Shown here piece after piece: positions 48,212 through 59,644 of a stretch of 64,000 nt of DNA. Source of the stretch: Rhizophagus irregularis (taxonomy: Eukaryota); contig NC_089430.1 in NCBI RefSeq assembly GCF_026210795.1, positions 3,348,001-3,412,000 on the forward strand, written 5' to 3'. Both the position numbers and the translations under genes were made by a program. Below the pieces are notes generated by a model. It saw nothing but the letters and a program-made list of their open reading frames with translations, made no database searches and was not told where the DNA came from. Positions within the stretch are counted from its first letter, which is position 1. Each line of letters opens with the position of its first letter.

Positions 48212-50468
48212 AGGACCCCAGAAAATACTTATATAGGTAAGGTCCCAAAAATATTTTTTATTAGTAGCTCTAAGCATATGGGCTGATTTGTCTACTCTGC
48301 ATTAAAAAGAGTTATTGATTGATTTTCACAATTTTTGTTACTCAAAATTGTTTTGTAATACCAAAAAATCATCTGATTGATGATCACTTGACTAAATAAT
48401 AAGTTGAACAAAAATTTACATTTGCAAAACTTAAATTATTAAATGTAAAAGAGCTGTGAAAAAACCCATTTCACTAATAAAAAACCCATTTTTCATATAT
48501 ATGGAATTTTTAACATATATTATTAAAAAGTAAGTATATTTTAATAAAATATAAAGTAAAATAAAAATTTATATAGCCTTAGTAGCTATAAATGTTTATA
48601 AAAGTATAATAAAAATATCATATAAAAGATGGTATTATAATAAATATTTTCAAACAATAAAAATAATTATTTTATATCGGAGTTTGTATTACCATCTTTA
48701 AACGTAAATATATCAAGATTCACTAATCCATTTTCTATAATTTTAGGCTCGTTGGAAAGCCCTTGTTCTGGACTTTATAGGCGAAAAAAAGCTCGTCGAT
48801 TGAATCATTAGATCTGGAGATATTTACGTTTAAATTTGAGGTACAAACTTTTTAACATGCTTAAATGCAAATATCTTGTGATCCACTGATCCATTTTTTA
48901 TAAATTTAGGCTCTTTGGAAAGCCATTGATCTGGTCTATATGAACGAAAAAAGAGCTTGCCAATTGAATCACTGGATCTGGAGATATTTACGTTTTAAGT
49001 TGAGATACAAATTTTTAATATATATAGTAAGTGCTAAGAATTATATTAATTTAAAAGAAATATTTACCAAATTATAGTATAATAACATTAAATAAAAAAT
49101 TTTTTAATACTCATTTCCAATTTACTGTATATTATATAGTATTTTGTATAATAAAAATGTAATAAAATTAATATTTTAATTAAAAGTAGACAAATCAACC
49201 CATATGGCATAGGTTTTACTATGATCGCTAAGCATTGTTGATATCTAACTTTAAAAATTATATAAAAATTAGCAAATCAATCTTCTAACCTAATTAAATT
49301 TTTATTATAACACATATAATTTATAAAATATATTTTATTAAATCCAATTTTAAATATGATCAATACATTGTAAAGCTAAACTACTGACTAAATATAATAT
49401 ACAAGTAGATTAGTAGAATAATAATATTCAATTAATAAAGTTAATAAACAGTAAAAAAAAAATTTGAAATTAATACTATTACAAAAAATGTAAATTTCTC
49501 CATAAGTATTATACTTACATCCATAAAAATTAATATGTAGGTAGTTTCAACCTTGCTGAACAAATTTCAATTAATTTAGTAAGTCGATTTCATTTGACCA
49601 AAGAGGTATAATTACGCTCTGAAGTTATAACTGAAGAAATGAAAAATTCAGAAGTTAGTACCATTATGAAAAATGCACTTTTCTCCATAAGTATATTACT
49701 CACACTCATGAAAATTAATATATAAGTAGTTTCGACCTTGCTGAACAACTTTTAATTAATTTAGAAAGTCGATTTTATTTGACTGAAGTGGTGTAATTAC
49801 GCTCTGAAGTTGTAAACGAAAAAGTGAAAATTTAAAAGTTATTACCGTTTAAAAAATATGCTTTTCTATATAAATATCATACTTAGCCTTATGAAAATTA
49901 AAATACAAGTAGATTTAATTTGCTGAACAACCTTACTTAAGCATAAAAGATAATTTGATATAACCAAAGTGGTGAGTAGTGAAATTATATTTTAAAGTAA
50001 AACATATTTACAGTAATTTTATTTAACAAAATAAACATATATAATATAGTAATTTATATTAAAATAATATATACACTGAGTTTAATAAAAATTAAAAAGA
50101 TACTATTGAAAAATAATTAATAAAACTGAAAAAAAAAACTGAAATTTCATAAAAAAAAATTTTTGTTTATGTATTTATATAAAATTATAAAATGTAGTAT
50201 AAAATTAATACTCACCGTTAGTGAAAATAAAATAAAAAATTAATTATAAATTCAATATATAATATTTTAAAAAGTTCTATAAATATGAAAAATAAGCAAC
50301 TAAAAACTCTTAGTATTTTAAAATAATACCAAAAATATGCAATTTAATTATCTTACATAGTATAAAATTTTCTCAAAATTAAGTATTATAAAATTCTTAC
50401 ATCATAAAATTTTTCTATGTTGGCTAAGCACCTTGGTACCTTACATATATAAGCATTTTCCGGGTCCT
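48212..50468. mobile_element. AGGA-terminus non-autonomous element, copy B (inverted relative to copy A)
   Basis: Reverse complement of 43218-44534 over its whole length, apart from a nested insert. Own 8-bp TSD GTCATAAC at 48204-48211 and 50469-50476. Confidence 0.92.
48275..49206. mobile_element. Nested CA...TG TIR element (CMC-like; TSD unresolved)
   Basis: TIR CATATGGGCTGATTTGTCTACT / AGTAGACAAATCAACCCATATG. Absent from the equivalent site of copy A. Two internal ~163-bp dyad units at 48700-49010. Confidence 0.78.
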
Positions 50469-50693
50469 GTCATAACTGACTTTTGGCCAAAAACACCACT
50501 TTTTACTAAACTCAAAAAATTGTTTTTTGTAAATATCTTAATATTCAGTAATTCAATTTTAATGGATTTTTTTTATTTTGTAGTCCTCATTTAGCTCTAC
50601 AATTTAAAAAAAGTTCATCAAAATCGGACCAATGGATGTTGAGATATTTACAAAAAAATGATTTTTTGAACTCTTAAAAAATGAGCTAATTTG

Positions 50694-53242
50694 CTAAAAG
50701 TGTGATTTAGTAATCATCGTACTTTCTCTCCTGTTGAGTTTTGCCCATTTTTTTCAAGAAGACATGAATGAAAAATATGAGGATTTTTTGCCTTAAGTGA
50801 TAGTAAAAGGACTTTTTGACGTTATATAAAATTATTACTAAGGTCTTTAGTTTCGCCTAAACTCCTTACAGCTTATATTGAGTTAGAACCATTATCATGA
50901 GTCTTGGAGTTATCAACAATAATGTAAGATGGTAATTCTATACAAATGTTCTCCTGGATTTTCTAAAAGGTTAAAAAGTAGTGTGTCTTAGTTCCTACGC
51001 CTTTAAAGTTTAACTGGCCAAGTAGTTTGCAAGCCAGACCATTATTTCTTAGAAAAAGCTCATCAACTAACGTATTTCTTACTAGTTGTATGTTAATGGG
51101 GGAGTTAGTCTTCTAAAATAAGAAGATGGAGTTGAGGTGTATATTTAGTGTTTTTTACTCAGGTTTTTCTCATTGCACTGCGAGTTTTCATGAGTTTTAT
51201 AATTTTATTTTTTATTTTTGTTTTTTTAGTCATTTTTTGGTATAACCTTATTTTCTTTGAAAGATAAGGGGATACTGGAAAATTTGATCATCATGGTGGT
51301 TTAGTGTTACTAATTTTCAAAATTGATGATTATTTAAGTGATAAGAGGAGTAACAGGTTAGGTACTACAGTTTTTGTAGTATGCCAATCAAGGTGGTTAT
51401 ATGTTGAACTATCATTGGATTGACTTATTTAGATAGATCTTAAGCTGATAGATTGTTCAAAATGAGGTGGATATCTTCCGGTAGGAATCGTTCGAAATGA
51501 GATAGATGTTCCTGTTAGAATTACATAACATTAAAAAGTTTCCCTAACAGCTGGACTGCATGACACTAAAAAGTTTCTGAAAGTTTTTTTAAAGTAGGTT
51601 AGGACTCCGAACAATATATATAAAGGAAGGTTTTGAGTTCGCTTAACCAATATATAAAAATTTTTCCTATATGAGATTTATTATTGCTTATTTGATAACA
51701 TAATTTTAAAATAGTCAGATATAATTATGTGTAGCAGAGTATTAAATTATTAATAGTCAAATATATATTTGCATAGCAGGATAGAATTTTTTAATATATA
51801 TATAATATAATATACTATATTTTACATTTTTCACATTAAAAAAATCTAATAAAATATGTAAACAAAGTTATAAACATGTTTGTGTAAAAAAAATTTACTA
51901 TTTTTAATACTTTTTTAATACAAAGATTAAGTTAATTGTATACGTAATACAGGAAACATTTTAGACGTGATCATGTAATGTGTTTTTGATAAAACAAATA
52001 CGCGTTCGCATAACATTAAAATTATAAATCATATACGTGTTCGTGTAATATTTAAAAAATATATATTAAAAATGAGAAGCAACAGGTAGGTGGGAAAGGA
52101 AAAATAAGTGTTTTTCTGTTTTTTTATAATTTTACACTATAATTTTTGTAATAATCAATAAAAGTTATTTCATTTTTACTTAGAAAATTTTTTAAAAATA
52201 TTTTTTTTGACAAATTTTACAGTAAATTTTAAAAATAAAAATTCTGTGTATTGGTAGCATTACAAAAAACATGAATAAATCCATATATATCTATTCAATC
52301 ATGATAAAAATTTATATGTAAGTAGATTCGAACCAGCTGAATAACTTTACTTAAGAAGGTTTTGGATGTTTCATTTGACTAAAGTGCCTAATTTACGCTT
52401 TGAAGTCACAGAACAGATATACAAAATATTAATAAAAAACATTTATAAGTTGTAATATTACAAAAAAATAATAATAGCTTTATCCATACATTATTTCAAA
52501 AATTTTTGTTTTTTAGTTTTTTTTATATACATATTTTATAAAAAAAATTATATATAAATATATATATGTCATAAAATAAGTTGCTTAGCAGTGTAAAAAA
52601 TTTATGGGGTAGATAGAAGTTTGCTTAGCAGACATGAAAAATATTTGCTTATTGATCTTAGTAAATTTTAAATTTTTCATCTGACCTATATATATATTGT
52701 TTGGGAAGGTTAGTTATCTATAGTATGTAGTCAAATAGGGAAAATTGAATTTTGTTCTTTTTTGATAGTGCTACAGTATTTGGCTTTGGGGTGCTTTGAT
52801 CTTTAAATGTAGTGGGATGCTTTGCTGAGTATGTATAGCATAGTCGATTCTACCTTGTTTGAAATACTGTATAACTCAGGAGAAGGGGTAGTTATAATTA
52901 TTTATATAAAGAGTAGTGGGTTTTAAATCTTAGCTTTTCTATATTTGTATTTTTTTGAAAATTTGTATTAGTTAGTTCTGCATTTTGTTGTGGTTCTTTA
53001 CTGAATACCTGGTATTCTCTAAAGTATCTTACAGTAAAAATTAATAAAATTCAAGCACAAGCTATGTTAAACTAAAAGTGTGACTTGAGTAATAATCGTA
53101 CTTTCTCTCCCGTTAGGCTTTACCCATTTTTTCCAAGAAGTTTTGAATGAAAAGAATAAGGACTTTTTGCCTTGAGTGATAGTAAAAGAACTTTTAGACA
53201 TTATATAAATTTATTACTGAGATCTTTAGTTTCACCTGAACT
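50694..53242. mobile_element. Unclassified element with ~170-bp terminal direct repeats (pseudo-LTR or tyrosine-recombinase-retroelement-like)
   Basis: 50694-50862 and 53072-53242 are direct copies, both starting CTAAAAGTGTGA(T/C)TT. No TG...CA ends, PBS or recognisable ORF. Confidence 0.6.
51601..52705. mobile_element. Non-autonomous derivative of the P-like element at 59645
   Basis: Left TIR AGGACTCCGAACAATATATATA. The right ~140 bp (52568-52705) is the reverse complement of 59650-59788. Last TIR bases and part of the TSD (AGTAGGTT) are deleted. Confidence 0.82.
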
Positions 53243-53355
53243 ATACATGAAACCGAAATTGGTTAATTTTGACCTCTGAAATGGTCGAAATGGTCAAAAT
53301 GATTTCGACTTGAGCCCCTCCAAAAGTCAAAATAGTCAAAATTACGTCATAGTCA

Positions 53356-53920
53356 TATAATTTTATAGTAAACAATAATATTAAAATTCAAAGTTATCGG
53401 ACTTCGCATCCAGTGATTCGATTTTTATGATCTTTATACGATTGGAATTAGCTCATCGAGAGGATTCCAATGATATGTAATTCATATATGTAGCATCAAT
53501 ATTGACGGAGTTATTCACGTTTAAAATTTGGTATTAAATAGTCTTATAATTTTTATAGTAAACAATAATTTTAAAATTCAAAGTTAACGATCTCCGCATC
53601 CAGTGATTTGATATTTATGATCTTTACGCGGTTGGATTCAGCTCATCAAGAGGATTCCAATGATATGTATTTCATATATGTAGCATCAATATTGACGGAG
53701 TTATTCATGTTTAAAATTTGGTATTAAATAGTCTTATAATTTTTATAGTAAACAATAATTTTAAAATTCAAAGTTAACGATCTCCGCATCCAGTGATTCG
53801 ATGTTTATGATCTTTACGCGGTTGGATTCAGCTCATCAAGAGGATTCCAATGATATGTATTTCATATCTGTAGCATCAATATTGACGGAGTTATTCACGG
53901 TTAAAATTTTATATTAAGAC
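53356..53920. repeat. Three tandem 190-bp units containing the shared dyad module, in the end of an element starting near 53246
   Basis: TATAATTTT(T)ATAGTAAACAATAAT at 53356, 53546 and 53736. Units are nearly identical. Confidence 0.9.
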
Positions 53921-54267
53921 TGGACCAAGTGGATACTCTGTTTAACATAACCCCCTCCTATTTAGTCCAAACGGAGTAGTTTAACATCATCATTTAATAT
54001 TATGAAGTCACGTTATAGTTAATGAGTTTTTTTAAAAATAAAGTTACATTTTTGATTAAAAATGTTATTGTTTGCCTATTATGTAAACGAAGAACAATAC
54101 CTACCATCTATTATGTAAATTATACTCAAGAATAACTATTACATAAATACCACCTTATTTTTATCCATAATGACCTTTTTACATGAATATTTTTTGGGTA
54201 TTTTTAGATCTATTTCCCTTATAAATTTCTGGGTTCATGACCTTTTATTTTCAAATCCAATAAAAAA

Positions 54268-54680
54268 ATGCCACATTTTGTAATACATGTAGAAAAAGTA
54301 CGAAAATTGTGATAAGTTCAAAAATAATGAAAGTTGATATTAATTCAAAAACTTTCAATGATATTTTTGAACAACTTACTACCAGGAAGTTTTATCTGCA
54401 TCAGGTTGAAGTTTATGTCAGCAAAGATGGCGCGTTCTGGACGTTCGTTCAAGATGAGTTAAATGACGAACTTTCTTTAATGTCTACATTTGCATATACA
54501 CATATCAAGTTTGTAACACAAACTGAAGAAAAATTACCAATTGATAACACTTCAACTTTGGCAGCTGCAGCCCATTTTAATGCATTTAACCGAATTATGC
54601 AAAGCTCTACACAGCAGCCTTCTTTACTATCATTAAAAATGGAAAATAATCAAAATAATTTACTATTTAATGATATTATA
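54268..54680 (+). pseudogene. 5' fragment of an unidentified, probably transposon-borne ORF, truncated by an ITm insertion
   Basis: ATG at 54268, an early frameshift, then an open frame to ...NAFNRIMQSS...NLLFNDII, where the TA|TGGTGTGCGTCACC terminus begins. Confidence 0.5.
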
Positions 54681-54838
54681 TGGTGTGCGTCACCTATAAA
54701 TCACAAAATCTGAAATTTTAAATGTAGATTTTCACGTGACATGATACTATTTGCATGTGACTTCAGTGACAAAAAAATTGCGCGCGCGTATTTTTTAATT
54801 TTATTCAAATTTATTTAACTTGTCTAATATATATTCAG

Positions 54839-57019
54839 TAGGGTAGGGTGTCTAGGATTTATTGATCATGATTTTATAACAAATTTGGCTATTTTTTTGC
54901 GATTTAGACATGATCACGATTTTTGCCAAAAATTTGCGATTTTTGTGACATTTGAATTTAATTGGATAATAAATCATATGATCGGTAAATTGATATCTTA
55001 AAAAATTTTTTTCACTAACTACTTTAACACTTTGTGATCTTAGTATTTTTACAATAAAGAAACAAAATGGTTGCGCCTCATGTACATCTATTATAAAGTG
55101 CTGAATATCAAAAAAACTATATTGTACAAGGGAATTTATTATGGTATCATTTTTGCAATGTAGAAGTTGATTATAAAAGAAAAGACTCTGTAGACAAACA
55201 TATTAAAACAGTAAAGCACCTTAATAATAAAAATAAAAATAATTCTAATTCATTACTTCAAAGAACTTTACTTTTATTTGAAAATACATTAAATGAAAGA
55301 GAGAAAATTAATAAAGAAGTAGTAGAGGCTTTTACTTATGCAGATATTCCCTTAGAAAAAATAGAGAAATTAAAAATTTTTTTATTAAGGCATTGTAATA
55401 ATGGTATAAATTTTCTATTTTTATATATTATTATAATTGAATTTATTTAATATATTTATTTATATTTGTAGGAGGTTTAATTACTGGAGCAAATCAATTT
55501 CGCGAAAAATATCTTTTTTTATCATATAATGAAGTAGAGCTCCAAAAATTGAAAAATGATATTGTTGACAAAATTATTTGTTTAACGATCGATGAGACAA
55601 CAGATCATTGTGGACGGCATGCGGTCAATCTTTTATTTAGTTTTGATAATCAAACTAAATTAGCTAGAACTGAATTTCTATTTAATGTTAATGCTTCATC
55701 CATTTCACAATTTGTTATGAATACCATTCATTTTTATAATATTTCTTATCAGAATATTATTTTTTTTATATCTGATAATGCTTTATATATAAAATTAGCA
55801 TTTTCGCATTTATCTCCTTTTTTACCAAATTTAAAGCATAACTGTTGTTTAGCTTATATTCTCAATTTAATTGGCGAAACTTGGGTGAATTTCCAAAAGT
55901 TTGAATTAGTTGATAAACTAATTATGAATGTCAAAACAATGTTTACTTATAATTTACAAAGAAAAATTTGTTGGAAAAAGCATTTAATACAAAGTGGTGT
56001 TGAATCACCTACTCTAGCGCCATTACCTGTAAAGACTCAATGGAACTCCTGGTTTTTATTTTTATGTTGGATTAAACCCTTATATTCTCACTTAATTACT
56101 TTTATTATTGCAGAATATTCTATTAACCATGATTCTCGAGATCTCTATAACTTTTGTCAAAATAATAACCATGTTTTATATGTTAAAATATTCATTTATT
56201 TTATTATGTTAATTAATTGTTTTAATAATTCTATATTATACTGATGCATTATTTTATTTAGGCTGATTAATGATTTGGAATTTTTTAAAGTTCCAATTTC
56301 AAATGAGATAATTCAAGTTTTAAGTAAGATAAATAATAATATTAATCTTTATATACCACTATTTGCTAAAGCTTTTACATTAGTATATGAAAAAAGTGAA
56401 AAACATATATGTTAACATCCAGCTTTACCATTATTCAAGGCAATACAATGTTTTGATCCAAGATTTATTCAATCTAATACAGCTAATCATAATATGGAAG
56501 ATTATAGAGTTGTTAAAGAATTTCATTTTCCAACTGATGCTTTAATACAAGAATGGGCTATTTACTGTGGATTTAATGAATCTATCAAAGAATTTAATAA
56601 TTTAGATGTATATTGGCGAAGTAAAATACATATACTACCAGAACTTAGTTTATTGACTTTAATATATATATGGTTGCCAGTATCTGGTGTAGATGTTGAG
56701 CATAGTTTTTCTAGTTATAAAGGTATCTTATCCAATAGAAGAGTGGCACTTAAAGAAGAAAGCATTCAAATGCTTAATTTTCTATATTTTAATCTTGGTA
56801 GTAATATTGATAATTATGATTTAATAGAATAGTATGGCAATTACAAATGTAATATTCAATATTATTGATTTTAAATAAATAAATTTATATAAAATTATGG
56901 ATATATTTCGCTGAAATTAAGTTAATTTAAGCTGAAATTAAGGCCACGATTTTTATGATTTTCACGATTTTCATCTCAAGATTTTTAGATCATCACGCCA
57001 ACAAATCCTGGATACCCTA
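54839..57019 (+). mobile_element. hAT transposon (CGGBP1-like clade)
   Basis: TIR TAGGGTGTCTAGGATTTATTG vs reverse complement TAGGGTATCCAGGATTTGTTG, with an extra TAGGG at the left end. 8-bp TSD ATATTCAG at 54831-54838 and 57020-57027. Confidence 0.9.
55067..56832 (+). pseudogene. hAT transposase pseudogene with a CGGBP1-like N-terminus
   Basis: Motifs FCNVEVDYKRKDSVDKHIKTVKH, ADIPLEK...FL.RHC.NGG.I, IDETTD, ISDNA, CLA.ILNL, KT.WNSW, PVSGVDVE.SFS. Stops and deletions. Confidence 0.9.
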
Positions 57020-58490
57020 ATATTCAGGAATACAGCGGTGAGATTTATATTTTTTGGCTGCATATTCTGCCAACTTACCTGTAATTCCATTTCTATATAA
57101 ATCCATATAACGCCACGTTTTCTTTGCAAATTTTCTTATCATTTTTGTATCAACAGATTCTAAAGCTGCAGGAACAACACATTGCAAGCTTGACCATGAA
57201 TAATCACAATTCTCACAAGCATATCTTTTTGCTGCCCCCCAATATCTTTCAATAAAGTTAAGTTCACAATGGAACTTTGGATAAAAAATGCATTTATGTC
57301 CAGCTTCTAATATTGCTTTCTCTAATGCACTTTTTTGTTCCATAAAATCAGGTTGTAATGAAATAATTCGGCGAGCATAACAATCAATTTAGGTTACATC
57401 ATCCACTTTATCTTTACACAACTGACAATCAGTATTTAGACCATTTTTCCATTAGTCTCGTTCAATTAAAACTTGTTTCATTCCCTTGGACTTTCCATTT
57501 TCATTTACCATCAATTGGTGCTGATTGTTTAATCCAAAAACTGTATCCTCATTTTTGGTTGCTTGCCGCCAGGTTTTAAGTTCATTTTATTTGCTACAAG
57601 AGCATCAGGTTTAAATGCTGCATGGTTTGAGCTATTATCAAATGCAAATAATGCAATACAATTGGGAAAAAGGGTTTCAAAAATGGGAATTGCTTTTGTT
57701 TTTATTTGATTAATTAGGTGTTTACTTGTCCAATACCCTTCACGATCTTTGCTAGGTTGGAGATACACGCATGCTTCTTTAGGTATAAAAGGATTTTCTT
57801 GATGCTGTTATATATTTAATTTAAGTCGTCCACATTCCTCTAACAAAATTCACTAACCATTATCAAACATCTATTTCCTTTTTTGCGTAATGGCAATTCT
57901 CCCAATTTCGCCTATACATCCCGTTTTCCATCATTAGAGTAAAAGATACATTCATCATGCGTTATAAGAATTATCTCTTTATCATCAAATTCAAGTATTG
58001 GTGGTATTCGTTCCATAGTTTTACCTTCATATTTCACCATATACTTCTCATAACTATAGATTTCATCTAGAAAGGATTTTCAATATTCAACAACATCAGG
58101 ACGTTCATGACCATCATAATAAATACCTTAAATCCTTAATATTTAAATAATAGGGTTATTTTTTTGTATAACAATGTGTTAATTAATCTTTTTACCTTGC
58201 TTTTGTGATTGAAAAGTATAATTAAGAACATTTAACCATTATGCTGCAGTTTTCATGCTGATAGTTTTTTTTTTGTTATTCCAGAATTTGCAAGCAATTT
58301 TTGCTCAACGAATTTCTTAAACTTCAATGGAGTGGTTATTCCACCTTGAGATTGAATCCATATATGGCATTCTGTTGCTATATTTTCATCATCTATCAAT
58401 CGTATTATTTTTTTAATACTTTTCTTGACGGCTTACTGGAAGACGATTATGCTGAAGCCAAAAATTTGCCCAGTATTAACCGTAATTGAT
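57020..58490 (-). pseudogene. IS630-Tc1-mariner DDE transposase pseudogene
   Basis: Motifs YYDGHERPDV, ITHDECIFYSND, AFDNSSNH, YPKFHCELNFIERYWGAAK. Frameshifts and stops. Confidence 0.9.
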
Positions 58491-58882
58491 TAGCCAATGC
58501 CGTAATATTACAGCATACAGCATTACAGTTACAACACTTTTCGTAATACCGTAATTAGGCCGTAATGCTGTAATTAGGTCGTAATGCTGTAATTAGGTCG
58601 CAATGCTATAATTAAGCTGTAATGTCGTAATTTTTAATGGCATAAAAATTTAAAATAAAAGTAATGAATTATAAAAGTAAAATTACAATAGTTTATATGT
58701 CGTGTAATTTTAATTTTTAAGGGGTACATAAAACGCGTCACATTTTTTTTTGTATTTTATATACGCGTTCGTGTAAAAAAAAAAATTATATAATAAACCA
58801 AAATCCACAGGGTGGGTGGTCGGGGGTGAAAGGTAGGAAATATTAAGTTTTTTTCAAAAAATTTATATTAAATTAGCATAAT

Positions 58883-59142
58883 CACTGGTAAAAAAATGAT
58901 TTATCCTACACATATCTTACACATATTGGGTACTCAAAATGTAGAAAATCATACACATATCGGGTACTAATATATATATCATACATACTATATCAGGTAT
59001 CTGATAGGTATACTATATATATAAGTACCCAATATGTGTATGATATGTGTATTATTTGTGTATGATTTTCTACATTTTTAGTACCCGATATATGTAAGAT
59101 ATGTGTAGGATATGTGTAGGATAGACCATTTTTTTACCAGTG
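58883..59142. mobile_element. CACTA/CMC-type foldback MITE
   Basis: CACTGGTAAAAAAATG...CATTTTTTTACCAGTG with long imperfect arms. 3-bp TSD AAT. Confidence 0.82.
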
Positions 59143-59644
59143 AATATCTTTAATAATTAGATGATTTTATGCATAATTTACATATAAACTTTTTTACAAA
59201 AAAAAAAAATTATTATTATTATTATTTTGATATTATTTACCCCTTAAAATTGAAATTACACAGTCATATATTTCCTAAAATCCGAAATCCGAAATCCGAA
59301 ATATAATTCCGGCCGAAATTAACGTAATTTCACTTAAACATGTAATTTCAGCCGAAAATCATAATTCAGCCAACGGAATGCAGATCTTTCCTTTTTTGGC
59401 GATAGCCGTTCCACAAAAATTGATTTTAGTGGGAACAACACTGGAATTTTGTGTAACATCACTTTCCTTTTTAGGATATTTGTTAATTTCTGCTAAAATT
59501 AAGTGCATAATTCTGGCCGAAATTACATATTTAATTTCGGAATTACGGCATTACGGATTAGGAGCATCCTTAACGTACGCATCATGTGTATGATATTATC
59601 GTACGCATCCTTGATGTGTACGATAATAATGTACGCACTCTGAT

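Larger units (their letters stand above)
48179..50706. mobile_element. AGGA-terminus MITE (same family as 10727), split by copy B; right end lost
   Basis: AGGACCTCAGACATCTAATATAAAGGTCATAAC|TGACTTTTGGCCAAAAACACC... is colinear with 10727-10990. Confidence 0.8.
54681..58490 (-). mobile_element. IS630-Tc1-mariner element (one end visible), split by a hAT insertion
   Basis: TA|TGGTGTGCGTCACCTATAAATCAC terminus. The transposase C-terminus HRCIPEY|ILDKLNKFE* rejoins across the hAT insertion (stop at 54801). Confidence 0.8.

Noticed and set aside
43218..50468. A single 7.2-kb transposon with 1.3-kb TIRs
   Set aside because: The outer flanks differ (GCTTGTAC vs GTCATAAC), and each arm has its own TIR pair and TSD, so these are two independent insertions.
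50830..50880. Hammerhead ribozyme in the direct repeat (minus strand ...GGCGAAAC...)
   Set aside because: No CUGANGA core or stem II at the required spacing.
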